From a virus (taxonomy: Duplodnaviria > Heunggongvirae > Uroviricota > Caudoviricetes): 64,000 bases of DNA. The notes beneath the pieces were generated by a model. That model made no database searches, had not been told where the DNA came from, and worked only from the letters and a program-made list of their open reading frames with translations. The translations under genes and the position numbers were made by a program. Each line of letters begins with the position of its first letter. Position 1 is the stretch's first letter. Shown here piece after piece: positions 38,699-47,670 of this stretch. The stretch is taken from the IMG/VR virus record IMGVR_UViG_3300033067_001661, positions 32,001-96,000 of that record. The stretch is one strand, 5' to 3'.

Positions 38699-38912
38699 CT
38701 TGGATTCCTTTATCAGTTAGGGAGCTTGGAGTTACATTGCCCCATTCAAACTTTACTTCTTTGCCGTCAACGTTTGCGGCATAGAATATGTCGGCATCAA
38801 AGTCTGCTATTTCAATCGTTACACCATTATCTGTCTTCTTTAGGCGTAACAACAGCGTGCCGTCCTCGCTTAAATACTCACCAGCTTTCAGTCCTCGGAT
38901 TTCACCCTTCAT
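38685..38912 (-). CDS. Hypothetical protein
   Basis: 75-aa ORF overlapping both neighbours; GGAG RBS. Confidence 0.55.
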   Translation of the reverse strand: MKGEIRGLKAGEYLSEDGTLLLRLKKTDNGVTIEIADFDADIFYAANVDGKEVKFEWGNVTPSSLTDKGIQDGED

Positions 38913-39633
38913 TGTTTTTTCTCCATTCAGCAGTTGGTTGCATAAAATCAGGCTCTTTCTCTATAACCTCCTGTTTGAACGGAGGTCTCCATCCAAGTTT
39001 TCCAAGTTGAGGATCAACTTTTGCTTCTAAGGCATAAGCCATAATAGCGATAAGTTGAATCGAACCTGATTCGTTACTAATTTCAAAGCCCCATTTATAT
39101 ACAGATATTCTACTAATATCTGGTATAACAAACGAATTCTTAACCTTATGAGTGATTGTTGAGCCTTGTAGACTTCGTTCTTCAACCATATCCCATCCTT
39201 CAAAAACCTTAGGATAACCGTCCCAGTCAGAATGGAATAAAATAGAATTTGAAGAATGCTTTGGAACAGACATTCTAAAAACAGGAAGACTTTTTAGATG
39301 CTGAAAACACATTTTTTCATTATCTTTGCCAATATAGAAAAAACAATGAAGATTAAAGGCCTTAGCATGAACATTTCCAAACTCATTATATATAAACGTC
39401 ATTATTGATCTAATACTTGCTATATCAGAATGATCAATTTTGACATTCATGCTAATATCGTCTTCCGAATTGAAAAGCATGGATTTATCGTCGGTATAAA
39501 CAACCACAGAACCGTCGATAGAACCACCAGTAAATGTCGGAAGACCAACAACAGGAACGCTAACAGAAAAAACAGTTCCATCAATGCTTTGAGCAGGGAT
39601 TGAAGTTACATTCCATTCAAGATTGTCGCTCAT
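38902..39633 (-). CDS. Hypothetical protein
   Basis: 243-aa ORF with ATGA overlap to topA. Confidence 0.65.
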   Translation of the reverse strand: MSDNLEWNVTSIPAQSIDGTVFSVSVPVVGLPTFTGGSIDGSVVVYTDDKSMLFNSEDDISMNVKIDHSDIASIRSIMTFIYNEFGNVHAKAFNLHCFFYIGKDNEKMCFQHLKSLPVFRMSVPKHSSNSILFHSDWDGYPKVFEGWDMVEERSLQGSTITHKVKNSFVIPDISRISVYKWGFEISNESGSIQLIAIMAYALEAKVDPQLGKLGWRPPFKQEVIEKEPDFMQPTAEWRKNNEG

Positions 39634-41618
39634 TTATTCTTCCTCTTGAAAAATCTCCGCTTACCACCTTCGCCAGGCGGTTTAGGTTTTATTTCTTCGC
39701 CATCAGAGCCTCTCATGCCCTTGCATTTAGGATACTTCTCGCATCCATAAAACTCTCCAAACTTACTCTTTCTAAGAATCATCTTAGAAGAACAAGCAGG
39801 ACAGTTATCTTTGCAATAAACCTTTTCAACAACAACCTTTTCTTTCGGCTTGCCGTCTTCGCCAACATTTGCTGTGAACTTGCATTCCTTTACAGGGCAG
39901 GCAAAAAAGTCGCCAAAACGACCATGCTTGAGTAGTAATTTCGTCTTGCACTTAGGACAATCAAAGTCAGTTATAGCAAGGTTATTCTTAGTTTGAGTGG
40001 CAACGTCAATATCTTTCTTTAGCCTATCCCAAAAATCAGTTAGAACATCAAGCTTCTTAAGCTCTTTGTCGCCGATCTTATCAAGCTTACCTTCCATATC
40101 AGAAGTAAAGTTCAAATCCATAAAACAGAACTTTGACTTAACAAGGAAGTCGCAAACCTTCATGCCAAGGTCAGTAACCTTGTATGAGTTGCCAGCAAGC
40201 TCAATATACTGTCTAGCCTTAAGCGTTTTGGTTATACTGGCATAAGTGCTAGGCCTTCCTATTCCAGTCTCCTCATACATCTTTGTAATAGAAGACTTGG
40301 TATAGCGAGAAGGCGGTTGAGTAAACTTCTGCTCAGAAGTAACGTCAATAACGTCGCAATCGTCGCCAACATTCAAGAGAGGCAAAGGCTTATCTTCGCC
40401 AGCAGACCAATGCCATACCTTTTTCCATCCGTCAAACAAAGAGACACTGCCTGTTGCTCCTAGCTCATACTTGCCAACTTTGAAACGAGCAGAAACAGAT
40501 AGATTTTTAGCCTTTTCCATTTGACTCGAAACAGTTCTGCGCCAAATTAAGTCATATAGCTTTCTTGAATCAGCGTCAGAGGAAACCTGAGTAACGGTTA
40601 CGTCAACAGGTCGTATAGCTTCGTGAGCGGCTTGAGCAGCAGCTTTGTTGGAATATACATTTGCCGTCTTTGGCAAGTAAGTTTTGTCAAAGTTAGCTTG
40701 AAGATATGTTCTGGTATCAGAAATAAACTGCGGAACAATTGTTACAGAGTCAGTTCTCATGTACGTTATATGACCATTTTCATACAACGACTGAGCAACC
40801 CTCATTGTCTTGTCCTGGTCCCATCCAAGAACAGAAGCTGCTGTTTGTTGAAGCGTTGAAGTTGTAAAAGGCGCTCTTGGTGAAACAAAGACTTCTTTAC
40901 TTTCGTACTTAGAAACCTTTGCAACTTTTCCCTTAATTGCAGCAACAATAACATCAGCCTGCTCTTTGTTCTTGACATCCATTTTGTCAGGATCAACAAG
41001 AGAAGCTACAATCTTCTCTTTCTTGGGAGTCAAAAGTTCAGCGTCAATTTCCCAAAACTCTTGAGGAACAAACGTCTGTATCTCTTTCTCTCTTTCTGCA
41101 AGAACTCTAAGAGCAGCGCTCTGAACTCTTCCTGCGGACTTACCGCCCGTAGCAGAGGTTGTAATAAAGCTGCATTTATAGCCTACCAATCTATCAAGGA
41201 TTCGTCTTGTTTCATAGCTATCTACAAGATCATAGTCTATACTATGAGCATTATTGATTGCGTCTTGAACCGCTTGCTTTGTAATACTGTTTGTCTTTGC
41301 GCGTTTGAACGGAATACCCTTAGGGAGTTGACGGCTTAGATGCCAGGCGATTGCCTCTCCCTCCCTATCAGGGTCGCTCATGAGATAGACTTCATCAACA
41401 TCTTCTGCGGCTTTGACAATAGCCTTAACAACGTCTTCCTTACCAGGCATAACGTCATATTTTGGCTCAAAATCTTTCTTGATGTTTACGTTAAGTCCCT
41501 TTGAAGGCAGGTCAATGACATGACCAACCGAAGCCATTACCTTGTAATCTTTACCAAGGTATCCGCCTATTTTCTTGGCCTTTTCAGGCGATTCAACTAT
41601 AACGAGGTACTTTGCCAT
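39630..41618 (-). CDS. topA: DNA topoisomerase I (type IA) with C-terminal zinc ribbons
   Basis: LVIVESPEKAK, DPDREGEAI, SAGRVQS, ITYMRTDS (catalytic Tyr), AHEAIRP, GIGRPSTY, two C4 zinc ribbons. Confidence 0.96.
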   Translation of the reverse strand: MAKYLVIVESPEKAKKIGGYLGKDYKVMASVGHVIDLPSKGLNVNIKKDFEPKYDVMPGKEDVVKAIVKAAEDVDEVYLMSDPDREGEAIAWHLSRQLPKGIPFKRAKTNSITKQAVQDAINNAHSIDYDLVDSYETRRILDRLVGYKCSFITTSATGGKSAGRVQSAALRVLAEREKEIQTFVPQEFWEIDAELLTPKKEKIVASLVDPDKMDVKNKEQADVIVAAIKGKVAKVSKYESKEVFVSPRAPFTTSTLQQTAASVLGWDQDKTMRVAQSLYENGHITYMRTDSVTIVPQFISDTRTYLQANFDKTYLPKTANVYSNKAAAQAAHEAIRPVDVTVTQVSSDADSRKLYDLIWRRTVSSQMEKAKNLSVSARFKVGKYELGATGSVSLFDGWKKVWHWSAGEDKPLPLLNVGDDCDVIDVTSEQKFTQPPSRYTKSSITKMYEETGIGRPSTYASITKTLKARQYIELAGNSYKVTDLGMKVCDFLVKSKFCFMDLNFTSDMEGKLDKIGDKELKKLDVLTDFWDRLKKDIDVATQTKNNLAITDFDCPKCKTKLLLKHGRFGDFFACPVKECKFTANVGEDGKPKEKVVVEKVYCKDNCPACSSKMILRKSKFGEFYGCEKYPKCKGMRGSDGEEIKPKPPGEGGKRRFFKRKNK

Positions 41619-41632
41619 AACATCATTTCGAC

Positions 41633-41668
41633 AAAAAAGGCGTAAGGAAACGAATCCTCACGCCTTTT
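41633..41668 (-). terminator. Intrinsic terminator
   Basis: GGCGTGAGGA-TTCGTT-TCCTTACGCC followed by TTTTTT; also has a T-run on the + strand, so possibly bidirectional. Confidence 0.8.
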
Positions 41669-41697
41669 GAACTAACCAGGCATAATCACTCAAATAC

Positions 41698-41916
41698 TCA
41701 GTTACTGACTGTTGGAAGATCGTACAAATTACGATCTGTTGTGCTTTGCAAGTACGTTCCTTGCGAGCTTCGAACTACCCTAACACCACCGATCATTGAC
41801 TGCCGCGCCATGCGAACGGCCTCGGCTCTGGAGACCCTCTTATTTCCCGTCAAAACAAAACCAACCGTATGCCTCTTAGAGTTGATAACTCTCTTACGAA
41901 TCGTTGATACACTCAT
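41698..41916 (-). CDS. DUF3892-like small basic protein
   Basis: VSRAEAVRM...GVRVV...YLQS..NLYDLP; start moved to 41916 with AAAGGA RBS. Confidence 0.6.
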   Translation of the reverse strand: MSVSTIRKRVINSKRHTVGFVLTGNKRVSRAEAVRMARQSMIGGVRVVRSSQGTYLQSTTDRNLYDLPTVSN

Positions 41917-41942
41917 TCTTGATTTCCTTTCTAATTGCCTGA

Positions 41943-42551
41943 TTAGTTCCAAAAGTCTGTATTATCTTGACCTTCCTCGTCTTGTGGAAAGTCAAAACCA
42001 TTCTCGTCATCATCGTCCCTTTGCTTCCTCTTATTCTTCAAATCACGAAGAAGATTCTTCATTTCTTCAACGCCTTTGTTGCTCGAAATGTCAACCATAG
42101 TCTTAAGACGAAGCTTGTATTCCAAATCTAGTTCGCTTTTCTTGAGTAAACCAAATAGTTTTTGGTTCTGCAATAACTTCTGAAAAACAGGATTGGACAC
42201 CAACTCCATTAGGCTCTGTTGTTCTTCTCCGCTGAAAGAGTTCTTTATTTCAGATTCAAGATCAACAGTTAGTTTATCCACAACCTCAGTCAGAATATCG
42301 CCATAACTCTTGTCATAACTATCAATGAGTTTCATATTGATAGCTATAAGGCACTCTTTAGTATACTCAAGCTTTTCTTCATCTATATCCGGGTTGCGGC
42401 TTTTTGCATTCTCAGCAATGGCATCAATCTTGGCTCTTATATCAGCTTCAACTTGAGCCTTTTCGCCTTTGAATAAACTATAGCCATCAACATAAGATCT
42501 AAATGGCCTTATGAAGGCAATCGCAAGTTTTGAAGCCCAAGAAATAGACAT
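41943..42551 (-). CDS. Hypothetical protein
   Basis: 202-aa helical ORF, GGAG RBS. Confidence 0.65.
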   Translation of the reverse strand: MSISWASKLAIAFIRPFRSYVDGYSLFKGEKAQVEADIRAKIDAIAENAKSRNPDIDEEKLEYTKECLIAINMKLIDSYDKSYGDILTEVVDKLTVDLESEIKNSFSGEEQQSLMELVSNPVFQKLLQNQKLFGLLKKSELDLEYKLRLKTMVDISSNKGVEEMKNLLRDLKNKRKQRDDDDENGFDFPQDEEGQDNTDFWN

Positions 42552-42552
42552 T

Positions 42553-42948
42553 TCATCTAGCTCCCCTTCTTGCTATAAGTTCCTGCCTAGAAGGGCCAAC
42601 GCCAATGAAGCCAGAAGCAAGTCCGGCAATATGGCACCACGCCTTAACGGAACGTTCCATCTCAGCGTCAGTCATATCGTCATTCATGATCAACTCAGGA
42701 TCCCTAAGAATAGGAGAGTTTGCTGAGAAAACTCCATTGATTTGAAGTCGCTTATAAGCAACCTCGATATGCTGAGGAAGACAACCGATAGTGTCGGCAA
42801 TATCCGTCAGCTTATTTGAAGGTCGGATAAGCTGTGCAAGACAGATAGCGACACCAAAGCCGCCGTCCCTCTCGTCAAGACTAACCTCATTTGTATTCCA
42901 GTTATCGCCGCAAACAGTTCGAACAACTTTTTCGTAATGCGCTTTCAT
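42553..42948 (-). CDS. Hypothetical protein
   Basis: 131-aa ORF. Confidence 0.6.
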   Translation of the reverse strand: MKAHYEKVVRTVCGDNWNTNEVSLDERDGGFGVAICLAQLIRPSNKLTDIADTIGCLPQHIEVAYKRLQINGVFSANSPILRDPELIMNDDMTDAEMERSVKAWCHIAGLASGFIGVGPSRQELIARRGAR

Positions 42949-42997
42949 TTACTTCTTCCAAAAGGAACAATCTTGAGAAGCTGCCACGCTAGCAACT

Positions 42998-43633
42998 TCA
43001 ATGAACTCTTGTTATCGCATGAGGAGTACTTTCGACCCAACCATGATGCGATATTTCTATAAACACAGCTTTTTCTTGCAAATCGTAAATAGAACCTACT
43101 CCAGAATAGGTCAAGCCTGAGCGAACTCCGCCAGTAAGTTCATTTAGAATCGAAGAAACCGGACCTTTCGCTCTCACCTCTATGGATTCGCCTTCAGCAG
43201 CAACTCCGATCTTGCCTATATCCTTCAAGAAATGTTTAGAAGATTGTCCTCTATACAATTTGAAAGATCCGTCTTTTGTTGTAAAGATTTCCCCAGGAGC
43301 TTCATCGCAACCAGCAAGAATACTACCAAGCATAACCGCATCCGCTCCGGCAGCAAGAGCTTTTACAATATCACCGCTATTCGTAATTCCGCCATCAGCA
43401 ATAATGCCAACTTCAGGAAAGCCTTCAATCTCAAGAGCTTGTCGAGCATTAATTATTGCAGAAAGTTGAGGCACTCCATGACCAGTAACTATTCTTGTAG
43501 TACAAACAGAATTATGAACAGCAATTCCTTCAATATTATAGGAATGATCGTCTTCTACCTCGATATCAAAGACTTCTCCGCTATATTCTAGAACCTTGAT
43601 TTCGGAAATTTCAATTAGTGTAAACTTTTTCAA
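42998..43633 (-). CDS. Split-intein C-fragment (41 aa) fused to the C-terminal half of IMPDH/GMP reductase
   Basis: VFDIEVEDDHSYNIEGIAVHN|SVCTTR, then IIADGGI, GDIVKALAAGADAVMLGS, EAPGE, YRGQSS, GVRSGLTYSG; TTG start overlaps the MTase stop (TTGA). Confidence 0.93.
   Translation of the reverse strand: MKKFTLIEISEIKVLEYSGEVFDIEVEDDHSYNIEGIAVHNSVCTTRIVTGHGVPQLSAIINARQALEIEGFPEVGIIADGGITNSGDIVKALAAGADAVMLGSILAGCDEAPGEIFTTKDGSFKLYRGQSSKHFLKDIGKIGVAAEGESIEVRAKGPVSSILNELTGGVRSGLTYSGVGSIYDLQEKAVFIEISHHGWVESTPHAITRVH
43511..43633 (-). mobile_element. Split intein, IntC
   Basis: Blocks F/G (VFDIEV..HSY...VHN) followed by Ser+1. Confidence 0.92.
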
Positions 43634-44652
43634 TTTTCAGTTCCTGCAAAAATATTAGATTCTTCAGTTTTAGAAGAATCATTTTTTTCAGCATATTGTT
43701 CCAAGTGCTTATCTAAGATATTTTTGATAGCAAAACGACCACGACCATACTTGTCTTGCAATATTTTTGCTATATCTTTTTTCTTGGCCTTAGTTGAACT
43801 CATTTGAATGTAATCAAGACATATAGATTTTGCGTCTGCATCAGTTATTTTTTTACCTTGATTAACGGGAAGAATATTTTCTACCTTTTTCATCATCTTA
43901 AGGTCTGAACCAAGTTTAATTTCCTTAAGTTTATCTATATGATAATCATATGATTTTTTATTCATTTCATAACCACAAACACTTCTTCCAAGCCTTGTTG
44001 CGATATATGCAGTTGTAAAATTACCCATAAAGAAATCACACACCATGTCTCCTTCATTAGAAGAATACATGATTATCTTGCGGATTAATTCTTCCGGAAG
44101 TTTATTTTGATTTTTCTTTTGATTTGGAGCATAATCTCTATTGATTGCGAAAACATCTTCAAGATCTTGATACAAAAGAGATCCGCCTTTAGAATCTTTT
44201 TCCTGAGAACCAAAACGACAATTAAGATTAAAGGTAGGAGTTGATTTACTAGACTTGCTGTAATACAAAACATGATAATGTGAAGTTACAAATTTCTTCT
44301 TTGTATTAACTCCAAAATTATATTTCCAAATAATATGATTTATTTCATGAAGGCCTAAATTATGAGCAGCGTTTAAGACGTGCCTCAATTTACTATGCCC
44401 CATAATAACATACATGGAACCGTTTTCTTTTAATACTCTTTTTGCCTCGGCTAACCACAAATGAGTCCATTGTTCATAATCATCAGGAGCCTCTTTATAT
44501 CCTTGAATAACGTTGCTTGAGTCTCTTTTGTAATGCTTGTTAAAACCAGTTTCTCCTATACCGAATGGTGGATCAAAAATACCAAGATCAACTGAACCAT
44601 CCTTAATTTTTTTTTCCTTGTCTATGCAATCTTCTGAATAAATTCTAATCAC
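43630..44652 (-). CDS. Beta-class N4-C/N6-A DNA methyltransferase
   Basis: FDPPF near the N-terminus, IIWKY, P..LIRKII.YSSNEGDMVCDFFMG (motif I) near the C-terminus. Confidence 0.9.
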   Translation of the reverse strand: MIRIYSEDCIDKEKKIKDGSVDLGIFDPPFGIGETGFNKHYKRDSSNVIQGYKEAPDDYEQWTHLWLAEAKRVLKENGSMYVIMGHSKLRHVLNAAHNLGLHEINHIIWKYNFGVNTKKKFVTSHYHVLYYSKSSKSTPTFNLNCRFGSQEKDSKGGSLLYQDLEDVFAINRDYAPNQKKNQNKLPEELIRKIIMYSSNEGDMVCDFFMGNFTTAYIATRLGRSVCGYEMNKKSYDYHIDKLKEIKLGSDLKMMKKVENILPVNQGKKITDADAKSICLDYIQMSSTKAKKKDIAKILQDKYGRGRFAIKNILDKHLEQYAEKNDSSKTEESNIFAGTEN

Positions 44653-45344
44653 AATTCTTCTCCCATCAACATTCTATATTGCTGTTCTATACAACCCTCT
44701 TGACATTCAATGAATCTAGCGTTTTGTTCTTCAGCAGATACAGCATGATACTGAGGCTTCATCTTTTGGAGGTCTTGTTCACTTATTTCCAAATAAGCCA
44801 AACAATCTTCTTTATTAGGCATTTGTATCTGTATTTGTCCAATACCGTCATGCAATGGTATAAGATTTTGTACTTGTTTCATAGACAACAAATATATACC
44901 CGAACCAACAATGCTCTTCTCATTAATGCAAATGACCCATAAATAATCAAACGCATTATTGTTGAAATTTTTACTATTTTTGGTATTTACCAGTTGAATC
45001 TTCGTGGCCTTTGTTCTACCTTCGCCTCGCTTGCGTTTTCTGGAGAAGATTTCTGATTTTGTCGATTTTATACTAACTCTTTTGCCGTAAATTTCTGCGT
45101 CATGCGAAAGACCTTCATGTTCTGTTATCTTAAGCGTTTCTGGACTAAACTTCTTTCTAAGAGCAAAATTAAAATAATCAGGAGCATGCATTCTGTACTT
45201 CAAAGATGAACTTACTACAGAAGGCGTCATTTTCATTGACAGATAAAGAGCTTCTTTTATCTTGGATGCATTCCTGTTCATAAATTTAGCTATTTCATCC
45301 ATGTTTTTACCTTCAATTTCAGGCTGTATAACTAACTGATCCAT
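44649..45344 (-). CDS. Putative type II restriction endonuclease
   Basis: SHDAEIYGKRVSIKS (PD-(D/E)xK variant D...SxK), FDYLWVI; GTGA-coupled to the MTase. Confidence 0.45.
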   Translation of the reverse strand: MDQLVIQPEIEGKNMDEIAKFMNRNASKIKEALYLSMKMTPSVVSSSLKYRMHAPDYFNFALRKKFSPETLKITEHEGLSHDAEIYGKRVSIKSTKSEIFSRKRKRGEGRTKATKIQLVNTKNSKNFNNNAFDYLWVICINEKSIVGSGIYLLSMKQVQNLIPLHDGIGQIQIQMPNKEDCLAYLEISEQDLQKMKPQYHAVSAEEQNARFIECQEGCIEQQYRMLMGEEL

Positions 45345-45347
45345 ACT

Positions 45348-46280
45348 CTATTTATCCTTTGATAATTCAACAACTATTTTATCTAAAATCACAAAATTGC
45401 TGTTCTTTATTTCACTTTCCCAAATATACCACATTTTGTACCCGTACTTCTCAGCGAATGCTTTCTTTTCTTCGTCTCGTTGTACCTTAAACTTTTGTCT
45501 TTCACTGAGTTTTCGCTTACCACTTTCATTACCATAAATAAGTGGGTTTCCATGCCAATAATCACCCATCACTTCCAGTAAAATATCGTCGCCAATGATA
45601 AAATCATACTGATACTTTCTATGTAGAATTTTACTGTATTTATACTTTATGTTTCTTCTGATCAATTCTTCTTCAACAATCTTTTCTATTGAAGTTTTTA
45701 GACCTTTAGACTGCTTCTCAATAGATTTTATTCCCTGCTGCTTAAGCCTTTCTAAGGCCTCAGGATGGTCCTGAAGATATTGCTTATTTTTGCGACTAAT
45801 AGTTTTTCTTGCTTCATCAGTATGGGTTTTGTTGTAAAAAGGGTTCTTAAATCCGGTAACAGAATCCGATATCTTTTGTTTGATTTCTTTGGACTCTTGC
45901 TCTGTATATGTTTCCCACATATTCTTTTGGAAGAAGTAATTCTTTTCGCCCGTATTCATTCCTGTTTTAGAGTCACGAATCTTGTCAATAGATTCTTCTG
46001 AATGCTTCTTCCCGTAAAATGGGTTTCTTTTGCCCAAAGATCTACAATAAAAGCATTCATATTTCTTATTTAAGGGAGAAGATTTTCCGCTATAAAGTGA
46101 TATTTGATTGTAATTCGTGCAGCCTATATTTGAACAGTAAACGTTACATCTTTGTCCGTATATTTTAGAACCATCTACTCTATCTCCATTTGATAACAGA
46201 TAAATACATCTACGACCGTTGAGTTTTTTCTTTTCAATAATCTGAGCATCGTTTTGACAAAGTACAATCTTGTTTATCAT
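45348..46280 (-). CDS. Free-standing homing endonuclease: NUMOD3 repeats plus Vsr/DUF559-like nuclease
   Basis: GKRNPFYGKKHSEE and NPFYNKTHTDE repeats; TSIE, YDF, LEVMGDYWHG, RD..K, IWESE; start moved to the ATG at 46280 (GGAGAG RBS). Confidence 0.85.
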   Translation of the reverse strand: MINKIVLCQNDAQIIEKKKLNGRRCIYLLSNGDRVDGSKIYGQRCNVYCSNIGCTNYNQISLYSGKSSPLNKKYECFYCRSLGKRNPFYGKKHSEESIDKIRDSKTGMNTGEKNYFFQKNMWETYTEQESKEIKQKISDSVTGFKNPFYNKTHTDEARKTISRKNKQYLQDHPEALERLKQQGIKSIEKQSKGLKTSIEKIVEEELIRRNIKYKYSKILHRKYQYDFIIGDDILLEVMGDYWHGNPLIYGNESGKRKLSERQKFKVQRDEEKKAFAEKYGYKMWYIWESEIKNSNFVILDKIVVELSKDK

Positions 46281-46341
46281 AACCACTCTCCAAACTAGCA
46301 CTTCCAACGCCTAGTTTTACTGAGATGGCTGATAAGCTCCT

Positions 46342-47226
46342 TCATTCTTTATTTATTTTTAGCAGGAAATATTCAGGAGACAAGTCTTTGGCTCTGATCC
46401 ACTCCGCATACTCATTTATGTTTTCATCATTTATAATGTCCTTATATTTCTTATGCAAAACATAATATTCATGATTATCAGTTGACTTTATACCGTTGAT
46501 GGAGATTAGTTTCTTGTTTTCCTGTCTTACCATTTTACCAACAACTTTTTTATATCTATTGCGATGAGTAAGAACTTCTTCTCCAACCTGTATTTGGTCT
46601 ATGTTTTTAGAACCATTTTTAGTTATTACTTTATTATCGCTGGTAAAACATCCAGAACCAATACCAACTTTTACACAATCAGCGCCAGCAGCAGCAAGAT
46701 CAACAGCACCTTCCGGTGTTGCAATATTTCCTGCTATAATTGTAGTATTAGGTATTTTTGACAAAGCCTGAACAGTTTCGATAGACTGTTCCATATGACC
46801 ATGAGCTACATCTAAACAAATTATTGCTTTTGTTGGGAACTTGGGACTAAATCCATTACAAATATTCTCCGCAAATTTTATCCACTTATCTCCGCAACCA
46901 ACACTAAATGCAGTATGCTTGCATGATTCATGTACTTTTTCTATCTCTTTTTTATAATCATCGATGGAGGAATAAAAACGATGCAAAATACCAAGACCCC
47001 CATGATCGCACATTGCTTTTGCCATCTTGGAGCCAGTTACAGTATCCATATTGGCGCTGATAAACGGGATATCTAAAGATACTCCTTCAGCAAGATGAGA
47101 GACAAGACTAATACGACTGTCCATTCTTGACTTGAATGGAGACCTTTGCGGCTTTAGAAGAACGTCATTGAACGTCAACCACGACGAAGGCCAATATTGC
47201 TCACCAGCAGCATTCTCAAACTTCAT
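46342..47226 (-). CDS. N-terminal half of IMPDH/GMP reductase fused to the split-intein N-fragment (102 aa)
   Basis: LTFNDVLLKP, SANMDTVT, GGLGILHR, LDVAHGH, AGNIAT, VKVGIGSG|CFTSD...STDNHEYY...WIRAKDL then stop; no CBS subdomain. Confidence 0.93.
   Translation of the reverse strand: MKFENAAGEQYWPSSWLTFNDVLLKPQRSPFKSRMDSRISLVSHLAEGVSLDIPFISANMDTVTGSKMAKAMCDHGGLGILHRFYSSIDDYKKEIEKVHESCKHTAFSVGCGDKWIKFAENICNGFSPKFPTKAIICLDVAHGHMEQSIETVQALSKIPNTTIIAGNIATPEGAVDLAAAGADCVKVGIGSGCFTSDNKVITKNGSKNIDQIQVGEEVLTHRNRYKKVVGKMVRQENKKLISINGIKSTDNHEYYVLHKKYKDIINDENINEYAEWIRAKDLSPEYFLLKINKE
46345..46650 (-). mobile_element. Split intein, IntN
   Basis: Cys1 TGT at 46648-46650, block A CFTSDNKVIT, block B TDNH, ends at a stop codon with no C-terminal HN. 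Confidence 0.92.
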
Positions 47227-47238
47227 GTTGCTTATTCC

Positions 47239-47658
47239 TTACTCGGGAGTTACAAGCTTCAATCTATTGATTGCCTCGGATTGGGCAGCATTAGGAACAA
47301 TGATATCAGGCTTACTCTTGGCCTTATCTTCCTGCTTCTTGCGCAAATCGTCAACAACCTGCTTTGCAAGCTCTGGGAACTTCTCATAAGCCTCTTTGAG
47401 GGTTTCACTCTCGATTGGGAATCGAACTTCTTGAGGACGAACATCTATAAGCATTGGTCGTCCGTCAGGGCCAGGGGCATGAACACCAACAGGAATAAGA
47501 ATAACTCCAAGATGGACAACTCTAGGTTCTGGCTCTTTAAGCTCAGCAGTCATCTGCTCGTCCGTAGGTGTCATTCCGCTTTCTGCGTCAACAAGAGTCA
47601 ATCTTTCGATTCTTTCACCGTCTGGTCCAAAAAAGTTCTCTACAGTTCTAATCAGCAT
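47239..47658 (-). CDS. Hypothetical protein
   Basis: 139-aa ORF, AAGGAG RBS. Confidence 0.65.
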   Translation of the reverse strand: MLIRTVENFFGPDGERIERLTLVDAESGMTPTDEQMTAELKEPEPRVVHLGVILIPVGVHAPGPDGRPMLIDVRPQEVRFPIESETLKEAYEKFPELAKQVVDDLRKKQEDKAKSKPDIIVPNAAQSEAINRLKLVTPE

Positions 47659-47670
47659 GTCTTTAGCTCC

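Noticed and set aside
28909-41618. Ordinary bacterial chromosome (dnaJ, dnaX, dnaN, topA)
   Set aside because: No typical synteny (no dnaA/recF/gyrB, dnaK or recR), and these genes are interleaved with phage-type dNMP kinase, RuvC and orphans. A cellular origin is disfavoured but cannot be formally excluded from this window.
43634-46341. Group I/II intron or a pseudogene explanation for the broken IMPDH
   Set aside because: Both halves carry intact complementary intein blocks and their own start and stop codons, and the gap is filled by ORFs with no room for a ribozyme core
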